Positions 47,541 to 60,515 of a stretch of 64,000 bases of DNA are shown in pieces. The notes under the pieces are model-generated. The model had not been told where the DNA came from, ran no database searches, and worked only from the letters and a program-made list of their open reading frames with translations. The stretch is taken from NCBI RefSeq assembly GCF_009914755.1, contig NC_060944.1, one strand, 5' to 3'. A program made the position numbers and the translations under genes. The DNA is from the human T2T-CHM13v2.0 reference genome, Homo sapiens. Within the stretch, counting starts at the first letter, position 1, and each line of letters begins with the position of its first letter.

Positions 47541-50146
47541 CCCTAGAGAGTGGTGGAATCCAGTAGCACCCTTGCCTTGAGATTTCTTTTGGCTTTACAA
47601 CACAGGTATCCATTTGGGTCACAGATTAGGGCTTTTTTTGAAGAGAACTCTGACACGTTCTTCTTTTCCTTTATAGCATTTTCCACTAGTGATGACATCT
47701 GTGTTTGTTTATTTGTTTATTACCTGTCTTTTTAGACAAAATAACATTTTAAGAAGGGAAGGTGTCCTATGGGTCTCATTTACCCCTGATATCCTTAGCA
47801 TCTGACATAGTACCCAGAACAGAGTTGGCTCTTGATACATATTTACTGGAGGACTTAATGAAAGCATTGTTTTTATCTCCTCTTGTCTTTGTCATAATCA
47901 TAGCTGCCCTGCAGGAAACCGAGCAAGAAGACACTCAAGAGAGAACAACATGATTCCAGGAATCTGCAGAGCTAGTACTCCTGCTGCTTTTAGCATCTCT
48001 GTTATCCCATCACCAAACATACTGCCTGCTCAAAGGCTAGCAGTATAAGAAAGCACAGGGGCCAAACTTTGCTTAATGTATCCACATGCCACATGTCTGT
48101 TCTATGCTTAGCTTCTTTCATTTTCTCTTATTTTGACCCATTGTGATAACATAGAGTCCACCCCCAAATGGCTTTGTGATGAAATAACTTAATGATTCTA
48201 ATACTAAATGTTGTCTTTTAAAAAATATCTACCTTTTGGAAGCAACTGGTGTTTACACTGTTGTATTACTGGCTGAGTGTAGAATTAAACAGCTGTGTTT
48301 TGCATTATTTGCCATCATAGCAAGCCTTTAGAGGACGCTGTCTATACCTCCTATTTCCTATGTGATCAATAGGAAATAACAGTGTAAATCAATTCTAGGT
48401 AATAATGTAAATGGGCTCTTGAAGGCAATTCCTGCTGTGAAATAAGTAGTTAGCAGTGACACTGGCATTAACCACAGTGGGGTTAATCAGCCTTTGGATG
48501 TGTTTAATCAGAGTTATCAGCTAAGATTAAAAAGAGAGCCACTGTTGTACAGGGATAATCATTTTCAGGATTTAAAAGATGAATATTTGGAGGTGTTCTC
48601 ATAAATTAAAGCCATCAGAATGGCTTTGAGTAATTTAGGATGCCCTGAGGTCAGGCACAAGCAAACAGGAAAGGTTAATCTCAGAGCTACGGTAGCTGAT
48701 GTGCAGAGATGGCAGAATACATTTATTGAAATAAGTAGCAAATGCTGAGTAAAAGTGTAGATTTTTTTTCTCCCTGTGTTAAGATGTTCCTTGAGCTATT
48801 ACTTACATATATGATTTGATTAAAAAGTAGTCCACAGTGAACACTTCGTGAATGTATTAACTCTCCCTGTAATTAATCACTAATCCCAAAGATTAAATAT
48901 TAGGCCATGTTATGACTTGATTAGAGGTGTTTCTACTTGAAAATATTGATGTAACCAAGCTCTGTATTATAGAATGTAAGATTGATTCTGTGTCAAGAAC
49001 ACTAAATGTCATGGTAGAAGATCTGAGATGCATAAATGCAGAGTGTTGTAATTGGTAAAGTCCTTAACTTCTGAGCCTGAGGTTCCTTATACGTGATTGT
49101 CTAGGAGTGTGAAGATCTCACTCTGGAGAGTCTGTTAAGCCATATACGCAGAACCGCTTCTTAATACTGTCAGATAAGAGAGATAAATGGCTCTATTATT
49201 ATTTGTAAAATACATGGCACACTTGATTTGCTTGTTCAGCCCATGTTTTATTGAGTACTTACTCACAGCTAGAGTGCTCTTCTAGAGTGTAGACGACTAT
49301 AGTGAGGAAGACAGCAGGCCCCTTGTCCTCTAAGAGCTTAGGTCCTAGCAGAGAGAGGATGCTAATGAACAAGTCACATAAAAGCAAAGAACCTCAGATA
49401 ATGGTAAGGGCTATGAGAGAAAAAAGATCCCCTTACCAGATGTATACAGTAAGGATAGTTCATACATTTTTGAAATGTTCTCCCTTGCTACAAATATTCT
49501 ATTTCAGTTCTTACATATTTGTAACTTTAGTCTAATTTTTGGAGATAACAAAGGGAATGCTGCTTCTGATAGAGCTGACAGGAATTTTAATTATTACCTA
49601 TTTGATCTCAGAATTTTACAGATAAAGTAACCGAGGCCTAGGAAAATTACTTAATTTTTCCCAGGTCATGTGGTAAGAGACAGTGCTAAGACTATAGCCT
49701 GACTTTTAGTATAGTGATCTTTCTGCTGAAGGTACTGCCTCTCTTAGTCTCTTTGATCATACCAACCCTCTTATAGAAGTATGGTGAGAATTTAATAACT
49801 GTTAAGTGAGATGATGAACATGAATGTATTTTTAAAATAAAAGTTTCTTATTTCATATGGTACCTTATTATTTAGTAGTAATTTGTAGTAATATTGCAAG
49901 TAATTTTAGATGAGTTACATATAAATTAATTATGGTCCCATGAGCTTTGCCAATAAACTTTATGACAATAATCCATCAGTATATGTGCAACAGTGACTGG
50001 TGTTTGAGAAAATATGGAAGTCCCAGATAGGGATTAATAAATATTCAATACTAGCCTCAAGACTCAGACATTTGCTCATGTCTCTTTCCAGTATCTTGAC
50101 CTCAGAGAAAAGGGGTACTTTAAAAGTTATTTTGAGAAACTTCAGA

Positions 50147-51224
50147 TGACAGCTTTATTGGTTTTAAAGATATGTCCACAGATTCTTTGATATTTCTCTT
50201 CTGGAGAGCTAGAGCTTAATTCCCCTCTACTTAAACATGGCCTGGACCTAATGACTCCCTTCTAGCAAACGGAGTATGTCAGAATAATGGGAACATCTGA
50301 AACTAGTTTAAAGAAAAGACTGTGGTTTCCCTCTCTCTCTCTCTCTCTTTCAATTCACTCTGTATTAGCTTCCTAGGGCTGCTGTAACAAATTACCACAA
50401 CTTGATGGCCAAAAAAAGCAGAAATTTATTCTCTCTCAGTTCTGGAGGCCAGAGAGCCAAAATCAAGGTGTCAGCAGGACCATGCCCCATTCTGAAGGTT
50501 CCAGGAGCAGATCCATCCTTGCCTCTTCCAGCTTCCATTGGCCTCAGGTGTTTCTTGGCTTGTGGCAACATAACTGCAATCTCTGCTTCTGTTTATACCT
50601 GACATCCTCCCTGTTTCTCTCTGTCTTTACCCCTTCTCTTCTCTTATAAGGACACTTGTCACTGGATTTAGCACTCACTCGAATCCGGGATCATCTCAAG
50701 GTCTCAAGATCCTTAACTTAATTGCATTTACGTAGATCCTTTTCCAAACAAGTTCACATTCATAAGTTCCAGGTATCAGGACACAGGCATAACTATCTGG
50801 AGTCACCATTTAATTCACTACATACTCTCTCTGAGCATGGCCAGTTTCTATGTCATGAGGCAGTCTAGAGGAGGGGAAAACCAGCTACCATGTTGTGAGG
50901 GAACTCAGACACCTTCTGGAGAGGCTTGTATGCTGAAGAACTAAGGCCTGCCTGCAGCAATGTGAGTGCGCTTGCAAGCAGATCTTCTGAAGCCAGCCCA
51001 CAGCCACATCAGTGAGCTTGGGAGCACATTCTCCTGCCCAATCAAGCTTTCCGATGTCTGCAGCCCTGGCTGACAGCTTGACTCCAACATCATGAAAGAC
51101 CCTGAGCCAGAGGCATCCAGCCAAGCCACTCCAAAATTCCTGGCCTGCAGAAACTGTGAGATAATACATATATGTTTTTTTAAGTGCAGGGTAATTTGTT
51201 ACGTAGCAATAGGTAGCTAATGCA
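50147..51224 (+). mobile_element. MLT1F/G-like LTR split by an MLT1C insertion
   Basis: 3' end cagaaactgtgagataat...gtaatttgttacgtagcaataggtagctaatgca. Confidence 0.75.
50361..50822 (-). mobile_element. MLT1C-like LTR
   Basis: tgtattagcttcctagggctgctgtaacaaattaccacaa...cactaca; 5-bp TSD cactc/tactc. Confidence 0.85.
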
Positions 51225-51460
51225 GCAACTATGATCCTGAAGTTTATAAAGCAGGGGAAAGGGCTCACTATCAGAGTGGGGGATATCAATCACATTTTCT
51301 CAGTGCAGAACCTGCCTGTGTCAGAGACAGGCCTAAATTGGAAAATGAAAGCCAAATCACATGGTGGGTAATGTTACATTATACAACCAAAGCCCTTTGC
51401 CATACCATTATCATAGGCAGCATATTACATTGGAAAAACTATTATGAACGAAAACTTCTT

Positions 51461-51494
51461 AGATAGATAGATAGATCGATAGATAGATAGATAG
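51461..51494 (+). repeat. (AGAT)n tetranucleotide repeat with one cgat interruption
   Basis: Direct reading. Confidence 0.95.
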
Positions 51495-54044
51495 TCAAAG
51501 AGAACCCAAAGTCCAGCTTAGTAAAGAAGCATTGAGAGAAAAACAACACAAACCAAAACACACAACTGGATATTAATATCTACCTACTCCTGTTACTCCT
51601 TGACCATGCTCTAGTCTTTACCTTTGCCACTCACATGCTTTTTTTTACTGATAAGAATTACTGTTTCTATTTTGGGGGGAAAATTAATTCAGTTTCTGTC
51701 CTCTGTTAATGCTGTGAGCTAAGTGAAGCAGAGGTAACTTCTCATCCGCATATGTTGTGATGCCCTTCTAAATGTGTTTGCTGTATAAGCTGGTGTGTTT
51801 CCCATTAGCTGTTTTATTTTTCAGAACTACCGAGAGTTTGCTTCATTTTTAATCACGTGCTATTTGTGAAATCCCTGTAATTTCCTAAGGCCTTCTGGAG
51901 CTTGCCTCTTCCTACCTGTGACATTTTCAGGAAAGATTTATTCTCTCTGTGTGTTTATTCTGCTTAGTGAAGATCATGAGACACAGCCTTAACTGGAGTT
52001 TTGCAAGTTCTTTTTAAAATTGTGTCTGTATTGTGTTTGGAGTCTAGTTACCCATTTGGAGGTCTGTGGAGGGCAAAGGGCTCTCTTGGGAATCCCTTTC
52101 TTTTACTGATGCTCAGTGTCTGCTTTCTGATATTATGGCATGTGATGACAAACTATTGTCCTTCCGTACTGGGCTGGTTGAGTTTGTTCTTGCTTTTATG
52201 TTACTCCTATACTTAGTACAGTATATTAAATACATATACATGTCATCTCTCATGACCTTCATTCTCATGTAGAACATATATTTCCTTCTGAGTTATAATA
52301 TGTTTTGTGAATATGGAATTCAGGGATTGTGTTCAGTTTGTGGAGCTGTTTGGGAAAGCAGTCTGAGAGAGTGGGTTTGGGAGTGGCTTGACGGAACTGG
52401 GATGAAGGGCACTGGGGATTCCCCAGGAAATCTGTTGGCTGGCAGAGAAGAGCTAACTGCTGTGCTGGCTAAGCTCATGGAACTGGGCTTTCCTCCATAT
52501 GTCCGGGATATGTCCTACCTATTGTTTTAAAATTAACAAAAGTTATTTTGATTTTCTTCCTCCTAATAATACCTATTGCCTGAGAAGAACGATGCCAGAT
52601 TGAGAAACCCCACATCAAAATATATCCAACAAAATGGTCAGAGCTTTGTACATAGAATATTCCATAGTTAGAATGATCCATACAGCTATGCACAAAGAGG
52701 GAGCCGAAACAGGGAACTGCACATCAAGAGTTAATACAGTACTTTTAGCCTTTCCTTAAATTCTCTGTGTTGTGCAATGGCAGGATTTCTCCATATACCA
52801 AATTAACTGATTGCCGTGGGCACTAAACCTGTTACCTTAAACACATTCATATCACACTACAAGTAATATCTTATCCTTTATACTTATTTTGAGATTAACT
52901 GTCTATCACACAGCCCTCTTTCCTCCCATATTCTCATTTTTTTTCTTATCACTCCATTCAGAAATAAGGGATCGATATTTTAAAGGCTGAATGTGAGATG
53001 TTTCTATTTATTGTTCATCATGGTAATTAGCAACTTTTTAATTATCACTGTTCTTGAGGATGTATGTTTGGGAACAGTGGAGCTTTCGGTAGAGTCACAA
53101 TGACAGCAGTTTAAAGCTGGAAAGAAATCTGGAAATTGCTTTTCTGGCAACTGACACCAGTTTCTAGGCAGTGCCTAAGAACTAGGCAAGGATTTTTACC
53201 CTGTTGTTTAAGACTGTACACTTTGCATCTCACAATCTATCTGCTACATAGTAAGCAAATGGTTCATTCAGGCAGCAATCACTGATTTGCTCCCTAATAT
53301 GTGCCAGGTGCTTTGCTTATTTTTTTGGAAAATAATACTGTGCAAAAACAGACAGGGACCTCACCCTCATGGAACTGTGCTGTGCTGAGCTGAAATGAAT
53401 CAAGTGACCTGCCCAAGGTCTTCTTGCACAGATACTTAAGTGATGGAATGGGGATTTTACTTGGGGGCCCTTCCTTACAATGAAAAGACCTGATGGTTTT
53501 GGTCTTCCCGTCTGGGATGTTCTTTCCATTAATAGCCACACTGTCTAAATGGTTAATAACATGGACTTTGAAGCCCAACATTCTAGGCTCAAACTCAGGC
53601 TCTGGACGTGGGCAAGTTGTTTAACCTCTTTGTGCCTCCGTTTTGCTATCGGGAAATAGGTATGACAATCACCCTACCCTCACAGGGAGGCTCTCATGAG
53701 TTAATGTCTGTGTGGCACTCAGAGCACTGCTTAACTCCAAGTGAACACTGAACATGGTTAGCTGTTTTTCAGTAAGATCACCCCAACTATTTTATCTAAA
53801 ATGTCACCTCTTCACTCTCTATCTTCTTGCCCTGCTTTGGTTGACATCACAGCCCTTATAATCATCTGAGGTTATTTAATGTCTTTATTTTTTTTTTTGC
53901 TGAATGTTTTTCTTTTCCACTAGAATATAATCTTATGAAAGTGAGGACTGCATTCACTGTTACATCTCCATATTCTAGGAACATATTCAAAACCACCTGT
54001 GAATGAGCAAATATGTGCACATAGAAAACTTTATTAATTTAATT

Positions 54045-54092
54045 AAATAATTAAATGTAATTATTTAATTAAATAATTACATTTAATTATTT
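54045..54092. repeat. Perfect 48-bp AT-rich palindrome
   Basis: aaataattaaatgtaattatttaa|ttaaataattacatttaattattt; all 24 pairs checked by hand. Confidence 0.95.
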
Positions 54093-55042
54093 TAATAAAT
54101 TTAGTATAATTTAATTATTTATAATTATTAACAAAGTTATCAGAAGAACTAGCCTAAGAGTACTTTCAGTTTCATGCTCTGTTCATTTGATTCCTCTAGT
54201 AACTTGGCTAATAGATACAAATAAGCCAGGAAAATAGCATCAACATATGGTAAGGTCAAGCTCATATTTCATATTTAATATACCTACCAAGCAAGTTTTA
54301 GGTGTGCTGCACATCTTTTTCATATTTTTAAAAGTCTATAATTTAAGTAATAGTGTCCGGATGAAATAAAGCAAGAAGGAAGAGGTTTAAAGAACTTCAG
54401 GGACCTGAGAGCCATGTTCTGACCTGCCTAATGAAAAGCTCATGAATTGATAGTGAGGTCCTTTCCCCCGATACAGAGTCAGCGTTCAAAGTCTATTTCT
54501 AAGCTCAATTTATTGTTAAATCTCATTAAAATAAAGTGATAATTTTATGGGTTTGAAATGTGTTATAACTGACTTTTCTGATTGAGACTGCTAGCCCAAG
54601 TGCTTACAACTTGCTTAAATGTTGTAAATGTGTTAAAAGGGGGAATGTTGATGTGTATTTCCTCTGTGTTCAAACTGTTCAGATTTTATGGGAAATAATA
54701 AAGCTTTACAACTTGTTCTTTACAAATAGAATGCTAGGGACTTTGCAGCAACATGAGAAATCTATTTATTATTTTGTGTCAGAGCAAGCTGGGCATCTTC
54801 CTCTTTGTAGACTGCCAGAGTTCATTGTTATTTGGGACAGAGAAGGAAATAGCATGATAGTCAGGGAGATAATATTAATTTTACAGAAATAGAATCTTAT
54901 TTTATTACAAGGAAGGCCGTCAGTCTCACAACTTGCACTCTATTTGTGAAGAAATATTCTTAAGCATATATTCCAGTAATATGTAGTTTAATACCTATGT
55001 GAAAACTAATTTCTTTTCCTCAAGCATCAACTTTTATCACAG

Positions 55043-55426
55043 AACTTTAAATCTAGAAGTTTAAAGTTTAAACTTTTTAAATCTAGAAGTTTAAAGTTTA
55101 AACTTTTTAAATCCAGAAGTTTAAAGTTTAAACTTTTTAAATCCAGAAGTTTAAAGTTTAAACTTTTTAAATCCAGAAGTTTAAAGTTTAAACTTTTTAA
55201 ATCTAGAAGTTTAAAGTTTAAACTTTTTAAATCTAGAAGTTTAAAGTTTAAACTTTTTAAATCTAGAAGTTTAAAGTTTAAATCTAGAAGTTTAAAGTTT
55301 AAATCTAGAAGTTTAAAGTTTAAAGTTTAAATCTAGAAGTTTAAAGTTTAAATCTAGAAATTTAAAGTTTAAATCTAGAAGTTTAAAGTTTAAACTTTAA
55401 ATCTAGAAGTTTAAAGTTTAACTTCT
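55043..55426. repeat. Palindromic AT-rich minisatellite (14 units of 30/28/21 bp)
   Basis: Unit atcYagaagtttaaagtttaa(actttttaa). Confidence 0.98.
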
Positions 55427-55805
55427 CCTTATATTAAAGGAGCAGTATGAATATTCTTTGAGAGATGAACTTTAACCATATTTTGTGTGTGTGTCTCTGT
55501 GTGTAATATATACCTATAGACCATAGTCTGGGGAAAACTCATTTTTCACTTCTTCTTTTCATGCAAGATCTTAGGTGCTGTATTTTGCAACGTGCCGTGT
55601 AGCATTACATTTCATGATATTATAAGCTGAGTTTTATAGAACTGTTTCAAAAATTTTCATTATGGACCTTTTATATCATAATTGAGTATCTAGCAAAAGG
55701 TAAAAAAAAGTTCCACTTATGAAGCTGAATATCAATCACTCAACTATTCAGTTATGCTTAGGCATAGATGAGTAAGCTTGTTCTTTGACAGTTAAGACAT
55801 ATGGT

Positions 55806-55806
<1 letters not shown>

Positions 55807-55842
<36 letters not shown>
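55807..55842 (+). repeat. (GT)18 microsatellite
   Basis: Direct reading. Confidence 0.97.
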
Positions 55843-55846
<4 letters not shown>

Positions 55847-57094
55847 GATGTGCCAGATAACTAAAATCTTTGCTTAGTACTTTGAGGGAAAAAGAGATTC
55901 GTGATGAGTGCATTTATTTTATTCCATTCTATCCACATTTTGTATAAAATCCATTTAAACAGGGGAACTAAATTGCTTACAGTAGTAAAATGCATTTCCC
56001 TCTGTGAATGTTGGTGCCTTTATGATGCATGCTGATTTGGACTCTGACACAGTCATAATCTACATACCAAACATAGGCATTTTGCTTTCAAAACAGAAAC
56101 TGGCACTGCTAGAGCTGTAGGAGTGAGCTGGCTCACCAGAGTAATCTCTCCTTCTTGGAGAGATTTGGCTTATTGTTGATGGCCTGAAGTCCACTGTCTT
56201 GGACCTCAGAGTGGGCTTTCCAGTTTGTAGTAATGGGTTCTGTAGCATGCCAAGACTATAGAGACCCCCGAATTCATCTCTTTTATTTCCCTTCTATGAG
56301 GGAATTCCTGTGGTCATAAGGCCTGCAGCTTAACAGATGAGCAGAAAATGTGCTGAAACATTGGTGCTTAAAAATATACAAAATATAAGTGGGAATCAGT
56401 GTCTTTAGCTTTATCTTTGCAATGGGCAAAACAGAAATGACTCAAAAGTGATTTCTTTAGTTATGGAGCACTCAGGTTTCTCTTCTGCCTTTTGTATTTC
56501 CATATGTCACTGCTATCTATATTCTGTAGATACTCTACCTGTGACATTCTGGGATTATAAATATGTGAGTTGCATGCTTATTCACTTTCTCCCACTTTTT
56601 CATTCTATCCTGAGTAGTCTAAACTGAAAGCTTTTGAAAGCCTTGCATGTTTTCCACATCAACCCTTGAACATTTATACTTCTAAAAAAGGATGCTGGAC
56701 TCTCTTGATAACTCTGTCCTTCAAGTTTGCCTCATCGGTGATGCCACTTGACTGAAAGTCCTCTTGGTAATCCAGTAATTAAATCCTTCTAGCTGAGGCC
56801 CAAGAGAGATCCCTCTGCTGAATTGCACTGCACAGTAAATGACATTATAATGAGGTTTTAACTTATTAGTTAAATGAATGAATGGAAACTTTGCTGCTGC
56901 AATTCATTAGATTTTTACGTTATAAACCAGGACTTGCTGCTGCAGATGAGAGTCCGTGCAATTTTCCCTTCGTATAATTAATTATCATATCAGTGTATTA
57001 AAGATAGTTTCACTAAAAGGAGAAATACCCTTGTATAGAAAGTCTAAGACAGTCTAACAAAACATGGTGATCACTTCTGTATGTCCCTGAGCTT

Positions 57095-57300
57095 GGTGTG
57101 ATAGGCACTGTTCAGATACTTCTGCAATATTATCAAATTTTAATCCTCAAAACAACCCTCTGTGATAGTTACTGTTATTATTCCTATTATATATGAGGAA
57201 AATCAGGCACAGAGAGGTTAAACAACTTTCCTAAGATCTCATAGCTAGTAAGGGTAGAGCAAGGATTCAAACTCAGGCAGTCTCTCTCTATAGCTCTGCA
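57095..57300 (-). mobile_element. MIR
   Basis: tttaatcctcaaaacaaccct...atgaggaaaatcaggcacagagaggttaaacaactttcctaagatc...ggattcaaactcaggcagtct. Confidence 0.85.
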
Positions 57301-57820
57301 CTTATAAATAAGATTTCCTCTCATCCCTAGACATGAACATGAAGATTTGCTTATATATAAATTCATCTTATTGATATGTTTCTTTTGAATTTCTTCCCCT
57401 TTTTCTAATGAAAACTGATGATGCTATTTAGAAAGCTTTATTTTTTTTTACCTAAAATGTTTAATCTCAGAAAAGTACTGAGAAAAATAACAGTACTCAT
57501 GCATTACCCACCAAGAATTTTAAACATATTAACATTTTGCCTCTTTATTTCTACTTTTTGTTTTTAAAATAAAATAACCAGTTATTTCTGACAAATTCTT
57601 CTTTTCAGTCTCATTCTTTCCTTCCCCTCTTTCCATTCCTTGTCCAGAGCAACCCACTCTTAAGAGCAGAATGTAAATCCTTCCAGACTGTGTTCTTATA
57701 TTTCTACCAGAAGCACGGAAATAGCCATAATCCATATACATGGTATTGTGTTTTTAACTGTACACAAATGGCCTCATGGTGTATGGGCTGTACTGTTTCT
57801 TGGCTTTTTCACTAAACATT

Positions 57821-58007
57821 ACATATGTGTGTGTGTGTATATATATATACATATATATGTGTATATATATATACATATATATGTGTATATATATATACAT
57901 ATATATGTGTATATATATATACACATATATATGTGTATATATATATACATATATATGTGTATATATATGTATATATATGTGTGTATATATATGTGTATAT
58001 ATATATA

Positions 58008-58008
<1 letters not shown>
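57821..58008. repeat. Compound (TA/TG/CA)n tract
   Basis: About 188 bp of alternating purine-pyrimidine sequence. Confidence 0.97.
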
Positions 58009-58327
<319 letters not shown>

Positions 58328-58839
58328 TAGTGATCTATCTAGCTATAATTCATTCTCAGCTGCTATATTTCTTTCTTGCAGATACACCATATTTTATTTG
58401 TTTATTTTCCTCTAAATGGGTGATTAGTTGTTTCCAATATTTTCCTGTTATAAACAATACTGAGATGAACATTTTTTGGGTACATAATGTCTCACATACT
58501 TTGCCTCCTGGATCGGGATTGCTGGTTGGGAGGGACTGTGTGGTAAAATCTAGCAATGAACATGGAAGAGCAACAGCTGGGAAGGAGGGGTATGTCAGGA
58601 TTACATTTGAGAATTAGAGAACAAAGTCACGCAGGAATATTTACTATAATTATGAGATAATAATAAATTACACTGCTAACAGATAGCCCAAGTCCATACT
58701 TCATGAAGTCTCTATAAACAAATGTTAGGTATATGTGAGGTTTAATAAAGAGAACTCTAGGCTGAGAGCCAAGAGACTTGGATTTTCTCTCCAGCTGTGC
58801 TCTAACCTAGCTTTGTGCCATAGCATAATACATTAATAG

Positions 58840-59299
<460 letters not shown>

Positions 59300-59649
59300 T
59301 GAGACCCTGACTTCTTTTAAAAAAGCAAAACAATACATTAATGGTCTCTGAATCTCTTTTCTCTTATCTGAAAATGAAGAATTTTTGGTAGTATTTTCTT
59401 ATGATTTCTTCCAGCATTAATCTACCCAAGTTAAGGCTGGAATAAGTTTCCTTTATGATATTAATACCTCTCCTCAGCATTGAACTAAATGATCCACAGG
59501 CCCAAATCTTCATCGTCCCCCAAACTGCTGCCCTGTTGTCCCTGAATATAGCGTCCATTTGTAATTCCAGGCAGTGGGCTGTAATGGGCCCTTGATTTAT
59601 TGCGCCCTTTTCCTACCGTGTAAATAGCCCAGCTCACTGCTTCTTGGGT

Positions 59650-59853
59650 GGGATAATTATGAACCTTGTGGCCCTCAGATTTCTCAGTGGGATCGGGCTC
59701 CAGTTACCCACAGTGGTAACTGGCTTGATAACAGCATTGTTTATTGTTTCTTTCCTACTCCTGTCTCACTTCTCTACTTCTGGCCATTGTATTCTGAGGT
59801 CACCTGAGATTCTTGTCTCAAGATCTTCTTGCTGGGGAAACTCAAACGAAGAT
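59650..59853 (+). mobile_element. LTR16-like relic
   Basis: End ttcttgtctcaagatcttcttgctggggaaactcaaacgaagata. Confidence 0.5.
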
Positions 59854-59872
59854 ATCCACCTATTCAAATCCT

Positions 59873-59996
59873 GCCTGTTTTCCTCCCTCTAGCTTCATTC
59901 TATAGCCTTGGAAGGTTCGTCCTGGCCTGTTCAAGCCTGTTTTCCTCTCTCTAGCTTGATTCCACAGCCTTCGAAGTTTCTTCCTGGCCTGTTCAA
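59873..59996. repeat. Diverged 62-bp tandem duplication
   Basis: gcctgttttcctcYctctagctt...cctggcctgttcaa present twice. Confidence 0.92.
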
Positions 59997-60227
59997 ACAC
60001 AAGCTCATGGAGCTGCACCAGACTCTTACCACATTTGTCATTGGAACCAAGTAATGCAACATCACATATGATTATATGCGTGTTCTTTTTTTAAATTTTA
60101 TTTCTCACAGCCTTGGAAGCTGGGAAATGCAAAATCAAGGCCTGGCAGGGGCCGGCTTTTGAGACAGCTAGGTGTTAGCTGTTACTTCCTATGGAGGAAG
60201 GGGCAAGGAACCTCTCTTGTGTCTCTC

Positions 60228-60515
60228 TTTTTTTTTTCAATACATTTAATAGTATATATAGTTAAGGCCTATAATATGAGACACATTCAGATAGTAAAAT
60301 GATTACTATAGTGAAGCAAATTAACAGATTCATCATCTTACAGTTTCCCATTTTGTGTATGTGTGACAAGAGCAATTATATCTACTTACATAGCAAAAAA
60401 AAATCCCACATGCCACACCACTTTCTTAACTATCCTCCTCATGTTGTACATTAGATCTCTAGGCGTGTTTATTCTACCCGTCTGTTACTTTGTATCCTTT
60501 GAGCTACATCTCTCC
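60228..60515 (-). mobile_element. L1MA-type 3' end
   Basis: gtaaaatgattactatagtgaagcaaattaac...catgttgtacattagatctctag. Confidence 0.75.

Noticed and set aside
55043-55426. CRISPR-like array or cloning artefact (XbaI/PmeI sites)
   Set aside because: No unique spacers, no cas genes and a primate intron context; the restriction sites follow from the palindromic unit and no vector sequence is present.
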